From Schizosaccharomyces osmophilus (lineage: Eukaryota), in assembly GCF_027921745.1 (NCBI RefSeq), contig NC_079238.1, positions 1,488,001 to 1,552,000 of the forward strand: a stretch of DNA of 64,000 nucleotides, in the 5' to 3' direction. A program made the position numbers and the translations under genes. Positions 63,061 to 64,000 of this stretch are shown here, one piece after another (the stretch's first letter is position 1; every line of letters begins with the position of its first letter). The notes beneath the pieces were generated by a model. It saw nothing but the letters and a program-made list of their open reading frames with translations, was not told the DNA's origin and did no database searches.

Positions 63061-64000
63061 TTATTCGCCATCCTCTTCTTCCTCTTCAGAACTTTCTTCC
63101 TTCTGTTCTTCGTCCTCTTCAGGCTCCAATTCACCCTTGCTCTTTCGTTCTTCTATATCTTTTCTATATCGTTCTAATTCCTTCGCCTGCTTTTTATTAA
63201 AACCAGTGGCTTCAACAAGCACATCCAAGGAATTTTCTTTCTCCATATTTATTATATCGTCGAAGTCAGGAACAGGGCCTTCATATACATAGTGCTTTTT
63301 AAAATAATCAACAATGCAGTTCAAATCACGTTCAAAGTACCATTTGGCATCAGGATGGCTAGTAGAAACCATCTGAGGAAAGTCGATAATAACTGGCGTA
63401 CCGTCTTCATAGACGATGATATTGAATTCATTATAATCACCATGAATCAAACCGTTTCTCGCTAACCGCACTAAAATATCTATAAGTCTTTTATAAAGAT
63501 CAGCAGGATCTTTGACTTCTTGAATTGCTCGCAAAGGAAAGGCATCAATGAATTCCATAATAACGCAATGTCTAGAATGATCAATTGGTTTGGGAATAGG
63601 AAATCCATGCTCGTAAAGGATTTTCATAAATGTAAACTCTTTTGTAGCAGCCAACCTAGAGAGGTATTGCCATGAGCTTGTTTTCCTATTTTTTAAATAG
63701 TCTCTGTTATTCTTGACGCTACGGAAGGAGGTTCTTCCCAGACGATGAATTTTTAATATGTACTGCTTTCCTTTCTGGTCACTAACGACATATACATCCG
63801 ACTCTTTTCCAACACCAATCTGATTGCCGACAGAATATACACTTGCACGTTTCGATAATGCTTTCAAGGCTAAGTAGTCATAGCCTGCAGAGGTCAACCT
63901 GTATCCGTCATAACTAATATGAGGCATTTTAGCAATTAATTTTGTCATATATAAAATAGACAAAGATTTAGCGCAGGTTCCTCCTCTTAATTTTGCAATT
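63061..64000 (-). CDS. rio2: Atypical kinase Rio2 (40S biogenesis), 5' end outside the window
   Basis: YDGYRLTSAGYDYLAL, IGVGKESD, HRLGRTSF, IHGDYNEFN and IDFPQM. Confidence 0.97.
   Translation of the reverse strand, partial: IAKLRGGTCAKSLSILYMTKLIAKMPHISYDGYRLTSAGYDYLALKALSKRASVYSVGNQIGVGKESDVYVVSDQKGKQYILKIHRLGRTSFRSVKNNRDYLKNRKTSSWQYLSRLAATKEFTFMKILYEHGFPIPKPIDHSRHCVIMEFIDAFPLRAIQEVKDPADLYKRLIDILVRLARNGLIHGDYNEFNIIVYEDGTPVIIDFPQMVSTSHPDAKWYFERDLNCIVDYFKKHYVYEGPVPDFDDIINMEKENSLDVLVEATGFNKKQAKELERYRKDIEERKSKGELEPEEDEEQKEESSEEEEEDGE

Overview
Gene-dense fission-yeast euchromatin. The proteins are clear but diverged orthologues of Schizosaccharomyces pombe chromosome II genes, so the source is most likely the S. 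octosporus/cryophilus/osmophilus clade; I cannot name the species. I can support about 29 protein-coding genes and one dispersed 5S rRNA gene. Many genes have short GT-AG introns that the ORF track splits or misses (spc1/new19, ubc15, ppk26, fau1, spc24, first exons of pic1/rav1/rrn7/pof10, and the truncated lys4). By recalled S. pombe gene order the window joins three blocks: SPBC1105.02c to SPBC887.01 (lys4 to adi1), inverted SPBC685.03/SPBC336.15-07 (to sfc3), and SPBC1703.09-05 (to rio2). I see no transposon, tRNA, CRISPR or wtf gene. Best leads: an in-frame 54-aa mitochondrial-presequence-like extension on homocitrate synthase with two ATGs; a Pol III B-box immediately upstream of the ATG of the TFIIIC subunit gene sfc3; no CENP-B homologue abp1/cbp1 at its expected syntenic position; a secreted orphan protein with possible degenerate peptidase S51 motifs; a dense forkhead/MCB/CRE module upstream of cdc10. 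Gene names come from recalled S. pombe sequences, not from searches.
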